Source of the DNA: Amphiscolops sp. MND2022
Lineage: Eukaryota
Reading direction: 5' to 3'
DNA length: 64,000 nt
Assembly: GCA_964187785.1 (NCBI GenBank)
Contig: OZ076409.1
Location: 80,912,001 to 80,976,000, forward strand
This document shows positions 63,028 to 64,000 of the stretch, piece after piece; within the stretch, counting starts at the first letter, position 1, and each line of letters begins with the position of its first letter. The position numbers and the translations under genes are program-made. The notes under the pieces are model-generated. The model searched no databases. It was not told the origin of the DNA and was given only the letters and a program-made list of their open reading frames with translations.

Positions 63028-64000
63028 GTCTTACAAGCAAAACTATATTTGTTGCCTTAAAAGTCATGTAAAATCTTATATTTTATTTTATACGATTTAT
63101 ACTAAGTAATCACAAGTAAAATTATAGTACAGGCGCTAATAATATGTATGTGAGTTAATTGGACACCAAGGCGTACAGGTAAAGGAAACGCGTTCAAATG
63201 TTTCCTCGCCTGTCGCCTTGGTCCGCGAGTCCGATTAACTCGTCAGCCAATCACAGGGCAGTATAATTTATCTTTATTTGCTGCTATACTATATCGGTAG
63301 ATTAAAGGACTGGATGGCTATATGCCGCCAGTCAACAAAGCGGTAGTCCGCTCTAGTACATTGGACACTGAGTCCACTTTTGAATTAAAAGCGCTGTATA
63401 ATTATTGGTACTGACTACATGATCACTAGTGTTTTGATTATTTATGAAATGTACTATTAGCACCTAAGGGACTCATGAACGATATTAGATATGCATTGTG
63501 GGTGCAATTCATATAATTCATGCAATAAGCGTTGCGTTGAAAAACATGTACAGTGTTCTATTTTATATTGTTGCTTGTCCTTATGGACTCACAGGTTTCC
63601 CGCCTACTCTAGCGGTCGGAAGGCCCTTTGATGTGTATAACGTCACGATGATGCTAGTTACTATTTATAGCGTTTGGCTATATTTAGAAAGTCCTTATGG
63701 CTATTTTTAGAATATGATCATCATTTTATTGAGTGTCATGTAGATTCAAATATATATAACCGGGACTGGTGGTCCCGGGGACAGAATTATCCTGATGATA
63801 CTTTGATACGTTACTGTTGCGTTACTGTTGCGAATTGTTTATTAAAACTACCCGTTCATTTTCACTTTGCAAGCCCGAGATATTAATTTAAATTCTTGCC
63901 TCTTGCAATAATCTCTTATGCCTTCTACTAGACGTCAAAAGGCCAAAGCTAGGAGATCTAGAGAAATGGACATGCTGTCCGACTACGATAACCTAGAGGT
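62939..64000 (+). repeat. 3' LTR of Gypsy element (truncated by window edge)
   Basis: Follows the PPT, begins TG, matches 48975-50036. Confidence 0.95.

Larger units (their letters stand above)
48975..64000 (+). mobile_element. Large Ty3/Gypsy LTR retrotransposon with two accessory genes (extends past window)
   Basis: 48975-50036 is almost identical to 62939-64000 (about 6 mismatches seen); PPT agggggag at 62931-62938; gag then PR-RT-RH-IN order. Confidence 0.96.

Noticed and set aside
48975..64000. Tandem segmental duplication or DIRS-type element as explanation of the 1-kb direct repeat
   Set aside because: The repeat starts with TG right after a PPT and encloses a DDE-integrase pol with no tyrosine recombinase, consistent with a Gypsy LTR.

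Overview
AT-rich eukaryotic (animal-like) genomic DNA with GT-AG introns, dominated by nested transposable elements. Two host genes are visible: the last six coding exons of an anoctamin/TMEM16 gene (347-6256, +) and a Jun-family bZIP gene with a single coding exon (42744-43757, +). The rest comprises two CR1-like LINEs, two BEL/Pao LTR retrotransposons, a truncated Copia element, a large (predicted ~15.5 kb) Gypsy element running off the right edge, a Mutator-like (MULE) DNA transposon, a hAT relic, many MITE-type elements with recognisable TSDs, and a 200-N gap. The main observation is that each of the three best-preserved LTR retrotransposons carries non-standard cargo. BEL-1 has an antisense JmjC (2-oxoglutarate dioxygenase/histone-demethylase-like) gene. 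BEL-2 has an SGNH-like basic ORF and three stem-loops between its PBS and gag. The Gypsy element has an intron-containing antisense BED-finger gene and a sense ORF that runs through the PPT into the 3' LTR, and its gag starts inside the LTR. All family assignments come from motif recognition by eye; no searches were run.
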